A stretch of DNA of 64,000 nt, taken from assembly GCA_902801125.1 (NCBI GenBank), contig CADCGT010000002.1:7157-71156 (forward strand), read 5' to 3'. The notes beneath the pieces were generated by a model, which saw nothing but the letters and a program-made list of their open reading frames with translations, had not been told where the DNA came from and searched no databases. A program made the position numbers and the translations under genes. Shown here piece after piece: positions 37,701-47,426 of the stretch (position 1 is its first letter; every line of letters begins with the position of its first letter). The DNA is from an uncultured Pseudomonadota bacterium (lineage in GTDB: Bacteria; Pseudomonadota; Alphaproteobacteria; Rs-D84).

Positions 37701-38954
37701 CTAGCACCAGCCGCGCAGTTTCATTGCCGTTGCAACGCGTTTAATGGAATACATATATGCGGCCTCACGCATAGACACATTATATTCACATTTGATTTTA
37801 TAAATCGCGTCAAATGCGGTAATCATCGCATGGCGTTCTTTGTCTTCGACTTCGCTTTCCGGCCAATAATACCCATAGCGATTTTGCACCCATTCAAAGT
37901 ACGAAACCGTCACACCGCCGGCGTTCGCCAAAATATCCGGCACAATCATAACGCCGCGCGATGCCAATATTTCTTCCGCTTCCAGTGTGGTTGGACCATT
38001 CGCACCTTCGACAATCAAATTTGTTTTAATCAATGGCGCGGTGTCCGCGTTGATTGTGTTTTCCATCGCGCACGGCGACAACACATCCACATCCAGGCCC
38101 CAAAACTCATCGGCGGAAATAACCCGTGCGCCCGGGAAATCCTTGATTGACCCCGCGTTTTTGTTTTTGTATTCCATCAACGCGTCAATATCCAACCCCG
38201 CATCATTAAACAGTATTGTATTCCATTCCGCAATCGCGACAATTTTTGCGCCCATATCCGCCGCGCATTTGGCGGTAAAAGACCCAACATTACCGAAACC
38301 TTGAATCGCGATGCGCGCGCCATTTATATCTTTGTTCAATGTCTTTAATGCGGATGCGATTGTAATCGCAATGCCCAATCCCGTTGCGCGCGTGCGCCCC
38401 AACGAACCATTTAATTCAACCGGTTTTCCGGTAAATGTGCCAAACGAATTATCGCCCGAAAGTTTAATATACTCGTCAATCATCCAAGACATAATTTGCC
38501 CGTTGGTGTTGACATCCGGCGCCGGCACATCGCACTTTTCGCCCAAAATCGGGTAAATTGCATCAACATATCCGCGGCACAGCCGTTCCAATTCGCCCGC
38601 CGACAGTGTTTTCGGGTCAACGATAATGCCACCCTTGCCACCACCATAGGGCAGGCCCGTCACGGCGCATTTGAATGTCATCCAAATAGAAAGTGCCGAC
38701 ACTTCGTCGCGTGACACCATCGGGTGAAAACGAATTCCGCCCTTGCTTGGCCCCAATGCGGTATTATGTTGCGCACGGAACCCGGTAAAGGTCTTAATCG
38801 AACCGTCATCCATTTTGACCGGAATTTGCACTTCCACGATGCGTGCCGGATTTTTAAGAATTTCATATACATTGGTTGACAATCCCAACTTATCACACGC
38901 CGATTTAACGCGCGCCTGGGCGGCAACCAAAGGGTTTAAATTTTCAACTGACAT
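37701..38954 (-). CDS. gdhA: NAD(P)-specific glutamate dehydrogenase
   Basis: GPSKGGIRFHP...GLPYGGGKGGI (Glu/Leu/Phe/Val dehydrogenase signature) and a GFGNVG dinucleotide-binding motif. Confidence 0.9.
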   Translation of the reverse strand: MSVENLNPLVAAQARVKSACDKLGLSTNVYEILKNPARIVEVQIPVKMDDGSIKTFTGFRAQHNTALGPSKGGIRFHPMVSRDEVSALSIWMTFKCAVTGLPYGGGKGGIIVDPKTLSAGELERLCRGYVDAIYPILGEKCDVPAPDVNTNGQIMSWMIDEYIKLSGDNSFGTFTGKPVELNGSLGRTRATGLGIAITIASALKTLNKDINGARIAIQGFGNVGSFTAKCAADMGAKIVAIAEWNTILFNDAGLDIDALMEYKNKNAGSIKDFPGARVISADEFWGLDVDVLSPCAMENTINADTAPLIKTNLIVEGANGPTTLEAEEILASRGVMIVPDILANAGGVTVSYFEWVQNRYGYYWPESEVEDKERHAMITAFDAIYKIKCEYNVSMREAAYMYSIKRVATAMKLRGWC

Positions 38955-39046
38955 TTTTATTTCTCCATTTGAAAAACAATATAATAAAAATTCGCTTACG
39001 TCACCACAACCCAAAAATACAATTGGTACAAGACCAATTCTATTTT

Positions 39047-39120
39047 TGGTGCGAGTGAAGGGAATCGAACCCTCGTCTAAAGCTTGGGAAGCTTTCGTTC
39101 TACCATTGTACTACACTCGC
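39047..39120 (-). tRNA. tRNA-Gly (anticodon CCC)
   Basis: Minus-strand cloverleaf GCGAGTG-TA-GTAC-AATGGTA-GAAC-G-AAAGC-TTCCCAA-GCTTT-AGAC-GAGGG-TTCGATT-CCCTT-CACTCGC-A-CCA. Closely resembles E. coli glyU. One A.A mismatch in the D-stem. Confidence 0.85.
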
Positions 39121-39170
39121 ACTTGCCCAGACATTTTATACCCAACAACACCAATTGTCCAGGATAAAAA

Positions 39171-39659
39171 TTATTTGCTACGCCCCTTGCCATATACCGC
39201 CGATATGTCAACGCCCGAAGCGCCGTTTATACGAACATGCTTGCGCCGCCTGTCGCCAGAATTATCATATTTGTTTTTCTTTGATTTTCCGCCAGACCGT
39301 CCACATTTCTTTTTGCCGTCTTTAAGCATTTGTTCCAACAATTCCGGGTCAACATGGCAAAAATACGTCTCGTCTATTTCATCGCCTTTGGCAACATTGC
39401 ACCATGTATGCATCGGTTGCAGGTTTCCAATTTGTGTTGGACCGCCCTTGGATTCTGCGATAACATGATCCCATGAAAAATCATCCATACTAAATATCGG
39501 TTTGCCACACGCGGCACATTTTGGCAATTCGCCACGCACAACCAAGATTTTAAGCAAACTTTTGACCTCGGTCGGGGTTAAAGATTTCCAATGTTCTAAT
39601 ATACCCGCCAAAATGGCCTGAACTTCGTTTTCTGTCATGTTGCTATTCTGTTCTTTCAT
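39171..39659 (-). CDS. HNH endonuclease
   Basis: CAACGKPIFSMDDFSWDHVIAESKGGPTQIGNLQPMHTWCN (HNH/H-N-H with flanking Cys zinc knuckle). Basic C-terminal tail. Confidence 0.7.
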   Translation of the reverse strand: MKEQNSNMTENEVQAILAGILEHWKSLTPTEVKSLLKILVVRGELPKCAACGKPIFSMDDFSWDHVIAESKGGPTQIGNLQPMHTWCNVAKGDEIDETYFCHVDPELLEQMLKDGKKKCGRSGGKSKKNKYDNSGDRRRKHVRINGASGVDISAVYGKGRSK

Positions 39660-40846
39660 TATTTCTTTGTTGGAATTTGCAGTAATTGATTTGTTAGAAT
39701 TAAATCCGGGTTTTCAATATTATTGCGTTCTGCAATTATACTGAACAATACACCGCGACGCAGAAAATTCCGCGCAATAATCCACAAACAATCACCACGA
39801 CGCACAGTATAAAATGTATCGTTGTCGCCCGTCATTTCTGGCATAATAAAGTTGTGATTTACCGTCGCAATCGTTTGGCCGTCACCGTCATGCAACCGCA
39901 CAGTCAGGTTATATTCATTTCCAGGCTTTAATTCACCGACATCGGCACCAACACCAAAATGTTTATAATCTGATACGCGGGCAAATCCCATATATTTATC
40001 ATTTAATGACAAAGACACGCGCAACCGCGGCAATGCGTCACCCGTCACAATTATGCGACCGGTATCAAGATAATCTATCTTTGAAACGACCAAATCGCCA
40101 TCGGTCAAAATAGACGGTGATTGTAAAACGCGACTGCCGTCACGGGTCATCAACAAAGACACAGAATTCCGATAATCCGCATCCGAGATATAAAGGAAAA
40201 CTTTATCTTTGGATTTCATTTTTGGATTTGCCCCCAACAAAGACAATGTATAATTACCCGGTTTTAACCCGGTGTTTGGTGCATAAACAAATTCGCCGTT
40301 TTCATTTGTCCTTTCGGTGGCGACAATTTTATTATTGATTAAAACAGAAATATTTTTATTCGCCTGCCAACGCCCGGCGACAATAATGCCGTTTTCTTTA
40401 ACACGAACAATATCAAATGTTGGAATGTCCGTCGGTTCAACAATATTTTTAACCGTGTCACGCGACACGGTTTCAATTGGTACAGGATTTGCTTTCGCAT
40501 TTGCGTTCATGTCCAATCCAACAACGCGTCCCGGTACACCAACACGAATAAATACAACCCAAACCGCAACAAACAAAACAATCAGCGCGCACAATATTGG
40601 AAACCAATATTCGCGCAACACAGATTTGTTTTTATTTTTTTCATCACGTGTGGTGCGTTCACGAACAACAACTTTTTCTTCTTGTGGTTCAGACTTGCGC
40701 GAAAAAACATTCACGCTTTTAAGGAAACGCCGTGTAAAGTTGCGACGCCGATTTAACCAACCGTTTTGTTGTGCGATTGCTTCGTCAATCATGTTATCGG
40801 TGGAACGTTTTGTCTTGCCGATTGCGGTGCTGTTATTGTTTGCCAT
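39659..40846 (-). CDS. LysM domain-containing membrane protein
   Basis: One TM segment WFPILCALIVLFVAVWVVFI. C-terminal LysM YTVRRGDCLWIIARNF...LQIPTKK. Confidence 0.7.
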   Translation of the reverse strand: MANNNSTAIGKTKRSTDNMIDEAIAQQNGWLNRRRNFTRRFLKSVNVFSRKSEPQEEKVVVRERTTRDEKNKNKSVLREYWFPILCALIVLFVAVWVVFIRVGVPGRVVGLDMNANAKANPVPIETVSRDTVKNIVEPTDIPTFDIVRVKENGIIVAGRWQANKNISVLINNKIVATERTNENGEFVYAPNTGLKPGNYTLSLLGANPKMKSKDKVFLYISDADYRNSVSLLMTRDGSRVLQSPSILTDGDLVVSKIDYLDTGRIIVTGDALPRLRVSLSLNDKYMGFARVSDYKHFGVGADVGELKPGNEYNLTVRLHDGDGQTIATVNHNFIMPEMTGDNDTFYTVRRGDCLWIIARNFLRRGVLFSIIAERNNIENPDLILTNQLLQIPTKK

Positions 40847-40950
40847 AATAATTATCTCCTGCGGATAGTTTTTCTAATGGACAAATTAGCATAAAAAAGT
40901 TTTCTTTGTCAATTTATTTATGATATAATCTTGAAATAAATGGGGGAAAA

Positions 40951-42030
40951 ATGAAAAAAATAGGAATTATGACAACGGGCGGCGATTGCAGTGGCCTTAA
41001 CAGTGTAATAAATCGCGTTGTTTTGGGCGCGTATAATCGTGGTTGGCGCACATTTGGTATTATTGACGGCACAGATGGCCTGTGCCACATGCCGGCGAAC
41101 GCGATAGAATTGACACCGGAATCTTTGCCGATTGAAAACGCGCGCCTTGCGGGCAGTTTTCTGCACAACGGCAATTCCGGGGTTATGAATTTTGAAACCG
41201 CGGTTAAAATGGGGCGCATTGCAACATTTAACAAGAACCTTAAAAAATCTTTGGCGGGCATGGGGCTGGACGCGTTGATTTTAATCGGTGGCAACGGCAG
41301 TTTTTCGCTTGCATACAAAAACAACGATATTTATAACAACCTGTCATTGGTATGTATTCCCAAAACAATCGATTTTGATATACCACTGACCGACCGGACA
41401 ATCGGTTTTGATACGGCGGTAAACGAATTGGTAAAATACTGTGACCAGGTTTTATTGACCGCACGCAGTCATCATCGTTGGTTTGTTGTTCAAACCATGG
41501 GGCGCGAATGTGGGCGGCTTGCGCTGAATGCGGGTGTGGCGGTCGGGGCCGATGCAATCATTGTCCCGGAAATAAAGTTTAACATTCATGATTTGGTTGA
41601 ACATATTAAATGTGCAACACGCGACTATGGCATAATCATGGTATCCGAAGGCATTACAATTCGTGGTCATTCGGGCCGGCCGGCGGATATGATATCGCGC
41701 GCATTGTCGGCCGCGGGCATCAACAACCGTGCCGCATTTCCGGACTATATCCAACGCGCCGGTGACACAACCGCGGCGGACCGGATTACGGCGGCAAAAA
41801 TGGTGACCTGTGCGTTGGATGCGATTGAAAACGGCGAAACAAATGTTATGACGGCGTTGCGCGGGGGCGAATGTATGACGGTGCCATTGGCGGAATTTTA
41901 TGCGGCGGGCGATGTGTCGCCGGACCCGAATATTCCGGACCTGTGCACATCAAACGCATATATTGAACCAGATGACCCATTATTGGATGTTGCCGCGGCA
42001 ATGAACATTTACATCGGTGAAATGAAATAA
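40951..42030 (+). CDS. pfkA: 6-phosphofructokinase
   Basis: MKKIGIMTTGGDCSGLNSVI, IGGNGS, GFDTAVN, PFK family signatures. Confidence 0.88.
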   Translation: MKKIGIMTTGGDCSGLNSVINRVVLGAYNRGWRTFGIIDGTDGLCHMPANAIELTPESLPIENARLAGSFLHNGNSGVMNFETAVKMGRIATFNKNLKKSLAGMGLDALILIGGNGSFSLAYKNNDIYNNLSLVCIPKTIDFDIPLTDRTIGFDTAVNELVKYCDQVLLTARSHHRWFVVQTMGRECGRLALNAGVAVGADAIIVPEIKFNIHDLVEHIKCATRDYGIIMVSEGITIRGHSGRPADMISRALSAAGINNRAAFPDYIQRAGDTTAADRITAAKMVTCALDAIENGETNVMTALRGGECMTVPLAEFYAAGDVSPDPNIPDLCTSNAYIEPDDPLLDVAAAMNIYIGEMK

Positions 42031-42034
42031 AAAA

Positions 42035-42056
42035 TACGGGGCGTTTGCCCCGTATT
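42035..42056. terminator. Bidirectional rho-independent terminator between pfk and dnaK
   Basis: ATACGGGGC-gttt-GCCCCGTAT with A/T runs on both sides. Confidence 0.7.
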
Positions 42057-42074
42057 ATAAGTATCGAATACCGA

Positions 42075-43973
42075 TTATTTCTTTTCAGAAAAATCTGCAT
42101 CACGTGCGCCATCGGATTTGTTGTCGTCCGCATTATTTGCACCGGCGGCATTTTGTGCCTCTTGTTGTGCTTTATACACGGCTTCGCCCAACTTCATGGC
42201 TTTTTCGCTTAACGCATCGGTTTTCGCCTTTAAACTTTCCGCGGTCGCATCAGATTTTGCCAATTCGTCCGCCAAATCTTTCTTGGCGTTTTCAATCGCA
42301 GATTTTTCATCGGCCGAAATTTTATCGCCGTGTTCTTTTAACGATTTTTCAATCGCAAAGATTGCGGTTTCGGCGGCATTTTTTGCCTCGGCCAATTCGC
42401 GTTTCTTTTTATCTGCGTCGGCATTTGCGGCGGCTTCGTCAACCATGCGTTTGATTTCATCTTCGGACAAACCACCATCAGATTTAATCGAAATCGCCTG
42501 TTCTTTGCCAGTGCCTTTATCTTTGGCCGACACATGAACGATACCGTTTGCGTCGATATCAAAAGACACTTCGATTTGCGGCATACCGCGCGGGGCCGGT
42601 GCGATACCTTCCAAATTAAATTGACCCAACAATTTATTATCTGCGGCCATATCGCGTTCGCCTTGGAATACCCGAATTGTCACGGCCGATTGGTTATCTT
42701 CGGCGGTTGAAAAGACCTGGGACTTTTTGGTTGGAATTGTTGTGTTCCGGTCAATAAGGCGCGTGAACACACCGCCCAACGTTTCAATACCCAACGACAA
42801 CGGCGTCACATCCAACAACAGGACATCTTTAACATCGCCCTTTAACACACCACCTTGAATTGCGGCACCCATTGCGACAACTTCGTCCGGGTTCACGCCC
42901 TTGTGCGGTTCACGACCAAAGAATTCTTTGACGGTTTCGACCACTTTTGGCATACGGGTTTGGCCACCGACCAAGATAACTTCGTTGATTTGCGATTTTT
43001 GGATACCCGCATCCGCCAACGCCTTTTTGCACGGTTCGATTGTGCGTTCAATCAAATCGGATACCAAAGATTCCAACTTTGCGCGGGTCAACGTTGTATT
43101 AAAGTGTTTCGGACCCGACGCGTCTGCCGTAAGAAAGGGCAGGTTGATATCGGTTGACATCTTGGACGACAGTTCGATTTTCGCCTTTTCGGCGGCTTCT
43201 TTCAAACGTTGCAACGCCAATTTATCGCCCGACAAATCAATTCCGGTTTGCGATTTGAATTCTTCAATCAAATATTTCAACACGCGCGCATCAAAATCCG
43301 AACCACCCAAGGTCGTATCGCCATTGGTTGATTTTACTTCAAACACGCCGTCAACGATTTCCAACACGGACACATCGAATGTTCCACCACCAAGGTCATA
43401 GACAACAATCGTTCCGTCTTTGTTTTTATCCAAACCATAGGCCAGGGCGGCCGCCGTCGGTTCGTTCACAATACGCAACACATTAAGGCCCGCAATACGC
43501 CCCGCGTCTTTGGTTGCCTGGCGTTGGGAATCATTAAAATACGCCGGCACAGTAATAACCGCATCGGTCACCGTTTCGCCCAAATAACTTTCTGCGTCTT
43601 TTTTCAGTTTTGCCAACACCATAGCCGAAATCTGGGACGGCGCGTATTTTTTGCCGTCAATTTCGACCCATGCGTCGCCATTATCGCCGGCAACAATTTT
43701 ATACGGCACGCGCGCCATAATTTCACGCACGGCGGGACTGTCAAAGCGCAATCCCATAAGGCGTTTAATTTCATAAATAGTATTTTCTGGGTTTGTGACC
43801 GCCTGGTTTTTTGCGGTGACACCAACCAATTGTTCGCCATTTGATGTAATTGCGACGACGGACGGCGTAGTGCGCCCACCTTCGGCGTTTTCAATAATTT
43901 TTGGGTCATTTCCGTCCATGAATGCCATTGCGGAATTTGTTGTTCCCAAATCGATACCAAGTACTTTTGCCAT
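42075..43973 (-). CDS. dnaK: Chaperone protein DnaK (Hsp70)
   Basis: [27 protein letters not shown], full Hsp70 architecture. Confidence 0.98.
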   Translation of the reverse strand: MAKVLGIDLGTTNSAMAFMDGNDPKIIENAEGGRTTPSVVAITSNGEQLVGVTAKNQAVTNPENTIYEIKRLMGLRFDSPAVREIMARVPYKIVAGDNGDAWVEIDGKKYAPSQISAMVLAKLKKDAESYLGETVTDAVITVPAYFNDSQRQATKDAGRIAGLNVLRIVNEPTAAALAYGLDKNKDGTIVVYDLGGGTFDVSVLEIVDGVFEVKSTNGDTTLGGSDFDARVLKYLIEEFKSQTGIDLSGDKLALQRLKEAAEKAKIELSSKMSTDINLPFLTADASGPKHFNTTLTRAKLESLVSDLIERTIEPCKKALADAGIQKSQINEVILVGGQTRMPKVVETVKEFFGREPHKGVNPDEVVAMGAAIQGGVLKGDVKDVLLLDVTPLSLGIETLGGVFTRLIDRNTTIPTKKSQVFSTAEDNQSAVTIRVFQGERDMAADNKLLGQFNLEGIAPAPRGMPQIEVSFDIDANGIVHVSAKDKGTGKEQAISIKSDGGLSEDEIKRMVDEAAANADADKKKRELAEAKNAAETAIFAIEKSLKEHGDKISADEKSAIENAKKDLADELAKSDATAESLKAKTDALSEKAMKLGEAVYKAQQEAQNAAGANNADDNKSDGARDADFSEKK

Positions 43974-44052
43974 AATTCACTCCTATTTGCATTTCTTGTA
44001 TGCCAGAAATATAGTTACCCCAAAACCGATTTCAAGACCATAGGAATAAAAA

Positions 44053-44069
44053 TTAGTGGTTAGTGGACA
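44053..44069 (+). repeat. TTAGTG GTTAGTG repeat upstream of the rplY terminator hairpin
   Basis: Direct reading. Inverted partner CACTAACC at 44099-44106. Confidence 0.5.
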
Positions 44070-44097
44070 ACAAAAAAACGCGGGGCAAACGCCCCGC
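44070..44097 (-). terminator. Rho-independent terminator for rplY
   Basis: Minus strand: CGCGGGGC-gttt-GCCCCGCG followed by TTTTTTTGTT. Confidence 0.7.
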
Positions 44098-44126
44098 GCA
44101 CTAACCAATTTATACTGGCCATTATA

Positions 44127-44747
44127 TTATTTCTTGGCCGGTGCCGCCGGTGCCGCAGCCGCCGCCGGTTTTTTCGCATCGGCTTCTTCAGGCATTTTAC
44201 CACCGATGGTGGCGAATGCCAATTCCGCCTGGTGCAGGCCCAACGACACGCCGTCCGGCAATTTCAAATCCGAACCGTGAACCGTGTCGCCAATGGTCAA
44301 ATCGGCCAAATCCAAAATAATCTTTTCCGGTAATTTATCAACCAAGGCAACAACCGAAACCTTACGAACTGCAAAGTTCAAAACACCGCCCAATTTCAAA
44401 CCCTTGGACGTTTCTGCGTTGATGATTTCAACCGGAACAGACACACAAACCGGCTTTTTAACATCGATGCGTTTGAAATCGACATGAATTATACGGTCGG
44501 TCACCGGGTGATATTGAATATCCATCAACATCGCGTCTTCTTTGCCTTTGCCGGTTGTAATGTTGAAAAGTTTTGTCCGCAACGCCGGAATCACAGATAT
44601 TGGTGCAAAATCACGACCGGAAATTTCAATTGCGACCGGTTCTTTTTTTTCACCATAGATAACGGCGGGGATGTTTTTATTATTACGAATTGCACGTGCG
44701 GCCCCCTTGCCGGCAACATTGCGAATTTCTGCCTTTAATTCAATTGC
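44127..44747 (-). CDS. rplY: 50S ribosomal protein L25 / general stress protein Ctc
   Basis: MAIELKAEIRNVAGKGAARAIRNNKNIPAVIYGEKKEP. Pro/Ala/Lys-rich C-terminal tail. Confidence 0.85.
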   Translation of the reverse strand, partial: AIELKAEIRNVAGKGAARAIRNNKNIPAVIYGEKKEPVAIEISGRDFAPISVIPALRTKLFNITTGKGKEDAMLMDIQYHPVTDRIIHVDFKRIDVKKPVCVSVPVEIINAETSKGLKLGGVLNFAVRKVSVVALVDKLPEKIILDLADLTIGDTVHGSDLKLPDGVSLGLHQAELAFATIGGKMPEEADAKKPAAAAAPAAPAKK

Positions 44748-44845
44748 CATTTTTAGTCCTTTTTGTTTTTTTATGGTCTTGCGCAACCTCCAAGGGTGTT
44801 GCGCGGACGACATTATGTAATAAAACAAACGAAAAATCAAGCATT

Positions 44846-45406
44846 TTATTTGCCACGTCGGCGCAAAATCAAGAATCGCGCCCGACCGTATTTTTTATCC
44901 CGCAAAACATCCCATTTTGTTTCATCGGGCGTATAGGACACATTTGATTCAATTTCTTGGACAACAACGGTGCCGGCCCGCGCCTGTTCCGCCAATTTCG
45001 CGACAAAATCGATTCCGACACGCGCATCTTCATATGGCGGATCAACAAATATCAAATCAACACCAACGGCGTGTTTTTTTATTTCTTTTAATGCGTCTGC
45101 CTTGACAATACGAATACGATTTGCAGCAATATCAGTGGTGTTTTTTGTTATGGTTTTGATTGATGTATCCGATATATCGGTAAAAATCGCCGTTGAATTT
45201 GCATATCGCGACAGGGCTTCCACCCCCAATGCACCGGAACCAGCAAACGCATCCCATACGATAATCTTGTTGCCCGCCGGTATAATAGTCGCCAACATAT
45301 TGAATATTGCCCCGCGTGCCATATTTTGTGTTGGACGGGCAAACGGTGGCAATATCAGCCGCCGCCCACGAAATTCCCCAGAAATAATTTGCAATTTTGA
45401 ATCCAT
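44846..45406 (-). CDS. rsmD: 16S rRNA (guanine966-N2)-methyltransferase RsmD
   Basis: LQIISGEFRGRRLILPP...DAFAGSGALGVEALSR...FVDPPY. Confidence 0.85.
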   Translation of the reverse strand: MDSKLQIISGEFRGRRLILPPFARPTQNMARGAIFNMLATIIPAGNKIIVWDAFAGSGALGVEALSRYANSTAIFTDISDTSIKTITKNTTDIAANRIRIVKADALKEIKKHAVGVDLIFVDPPYEDARVGIDFVAKLAEQARAGTVVVQEIESNVSYTPDETKWDVLRDKKYGRARFLILRRRGK

Positions 45407-45424
45407 GTGGTAGATTCTATATCA

Positions 45425-45871
45425 ATGAACATAATGACGCAAGTTTTAAATTTGGCGCGACGCGCGGGCGACGCGGGCGATGTGCCTGTTGGCGCGGTAA
45501 TTGTCCGCGACGGGAAAATTATTTCACGCGGGGAAAACCTGGTCCAACGGAAAATGAACCCAACATTGCATGCAGAAATCGTTGCGATAAACCGCGCATG
45601 TAGAAAATTGGGAACAAAATTCTTGGACGACTGTGACATTTATGTATCATTGGAACCATGTGCGATGTGTGCGACGGCAATATCTTTTGCACGCATACGC
45701 AATATATACTTTGCGGCACGGGACGACAAGGGCGGCGGCATAACCGCAAACGCCCGCGTGTTTGAAAACGACAAACACCTGTGGCGCCCAAATATAGTCC
45801 AAATGCCGGAATACGCGGACGCGTCCGCCGAATTACTGCGCGGATTTTTTGCCCGGCGGCGAAAACAATAA
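45425..45871 (+). CDS. tadA: tRNA-specific adenosine deaminase TadA
   Basis: HAEIVAI...LEPCAMCA (CDA zinc-binding motifs). Confidence 0.9.
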   Translation: MNIMTQVLNLARRAGDAGDVPVGAVIVRDGKIISRGENLVQRKMNPTLHAEIVAINRACRKLGTKFLDDCDIYVSLEPCAMCATAISFARIRNIYFAARDDKGGGITANARVFENDKHLWRPNIVQMPEYADASAELLRGFFARRRKQ

Positions 45872-45894
45872 CCATAACAAAAAAAAGGAAAAAT

Positions 45895-46455
45895 ATGTCA
45901 AAGAACTTAACTCCTATGGAAAAATTTAACGCAATGGAAGAAAAACGCATATTTAACGAATATATTGTTGTGGATTACAACTGTCGCAATAAAGGCACTG
46001 TTACCGTGACATTGATTTCAACATATACAACCGCAGCCCCTAAACAAATTACATTAGATAATCATTGGGGTGCCCGCAAAAAAATGTTAGATGCAGACAG
46101 TTGTATATGGAACATTGGTTCTTTGGTCACTTTAACCAAAGACGGTAAAATCAAACCGGTTAAATATGATATGCGTAAATGCGACACTATGTTGGTCACC
46201 GGTGCATATAACACCTTTAACACATCGCGAATATTATCGTTGATGGGCAAAAAGTTTGGTCAGACAACACTGTGTATTTCCCCGGAACCAATACATATTT
46301 GGCATCAAAAATTCTATTCAACTGAACGGGGCGATATCGTATTGGTTCGCCCAACCAACCCACAATTGGAACCAGACAACGAATATCAAATCCTGCGTAA
46401 TTTCACAATGGAAGAAAAAATACGCAAGTTTTTTGAATCGCAACGCCAAAGATAA
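45895..46455 (+). CDS. Hypothetical protein (mini-island gene 1)
   Basis: Start at MSKNLTPMEKF with RBS AAAAAGGAAAAATATG. AT-rich, AGA codons, no recognisable motif. Confidence 0.45.
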   Translation: MSKNLTPMEKFNAMEEKRIFNEYIVVDYNCRNKGTVTVTLISTYTTAAPKQITLDNHWGARKKMLDADSCIWNIGSLVTLTKDGKIKPVKYDMRKCDTMLVTGAYNTFNTSRILSLMGKKFGQTTLCISPEPIHIWHQKFYSTERGDIVLVRPTNPQLEPDNEYQILRNFTMEEKIRKFFESQRQR

Positions 46456-46537
46456 TACCACGGTGCATTACAAGTGCCGGAATATGTGGGCGTGTTTGCC
46501 GAACGGCGAAAAAAAGAATAAAATAAAAAGATTAAAA

Positions 46538-47422
46538 ATGTTAAAGAATAGGTGGGTTGTTACCAAGAAAAATAATGTTGCAAATTGTCCCGGTATATTT
46601 AATTACACTATTGTTCCTGTGGATGGATGGGGCGACAAGGATGATTATGAATTATATGATAAAGACATTTTATCAAAACGAAATCTTGATATTGGCACAT
46701 ATACCGATGATGACCTGAACCCGGTATATGAACACTATAAATACCTGAACACCGATATCGCCACCGTAGAATCAACCACAGTCCAGGTGTATAAACCTGG
46801 CATGACCCGGTTAAATGTTTTTGGGGACCGTTTTGGTGAATTTTCCTTTTTGGTTGATGACCAAGGCATACCGTTCAGAATCACCCGTGGCGATAACATC
46901 TTGGTTCAGCGCAAATATGACGTGGCGGACTTTGTGTGGCCCCAAAAACCCGATGATGATGACGATGAATACAGCGACCCATTATTGCAGGATATTATGG
47001 GGACACGCCGTGAAATGCAAAGATGCCAAGAACCAGAAGAATTGGTTGGGCCTTACTTTCACATACTGTATAATGTGACCACAAAACGCAAAGCAAAAAG
47101 TTTTCCAAAAACCAAAAAAACGCACTCAAAAAGTAATTTCGGCGATTGTGACCGTGTGGTCGTATTGGGTGTTTCACCCACATGTCTTGAATACGATATG
47201 CAAAAGCACCTGATTATACACAGTGACAAATTCGGGTTAATAAGTTGTTTGGCCGATGAATATCAATCCGAATTTCATGCCTATACCCAAGATAAACTTT
47301 TAATTCAGCAATACTATGATTACAACGCGGGCGAAATTGCATACAGGATACTGGCCAACAAAACCATCGATGACATGCGCAGCTTGATGTTAAGACGGAA
47401 TATTCAATTCCGTCATCGGTAA
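46538..47422 (+). CDS. Hypothetical protein with poly-Asp tract (mini-island gene 2)
   Basis: Start at MLKNRWVV with RBS AAAAAGATTAAAAATG. KPDDDDDEYSD acidic tract. Confidence 0.45.
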   Translation: MLKNRWVVTKKNNVANCPGIFNYTIVPVDGWGDKDDYELYDKDILSKRNLDIGTYTDDDLNPVYEHYKYLNTDIATVESTTVQVYKPGMTRLNVFGDRFGEFSFLVDDQGIPFRITRGDNILVQRKYDVADFVWPQKPDDDDDEYSDPLLQDIMGTRREMQRCQEPEELVGPYFHILYNVTTKRKAKSFPKTKKTHSKSNFGDCDRVVVLGVSPTCLEYDMQKHLIIHSDKFGLISCLADEYQSEFHAYTQDKLLIQQYYDYNAGEIAYRILANKTIDDMRSLMLRRNIQFRHR

Positions 47423-47426
47423 CAAA

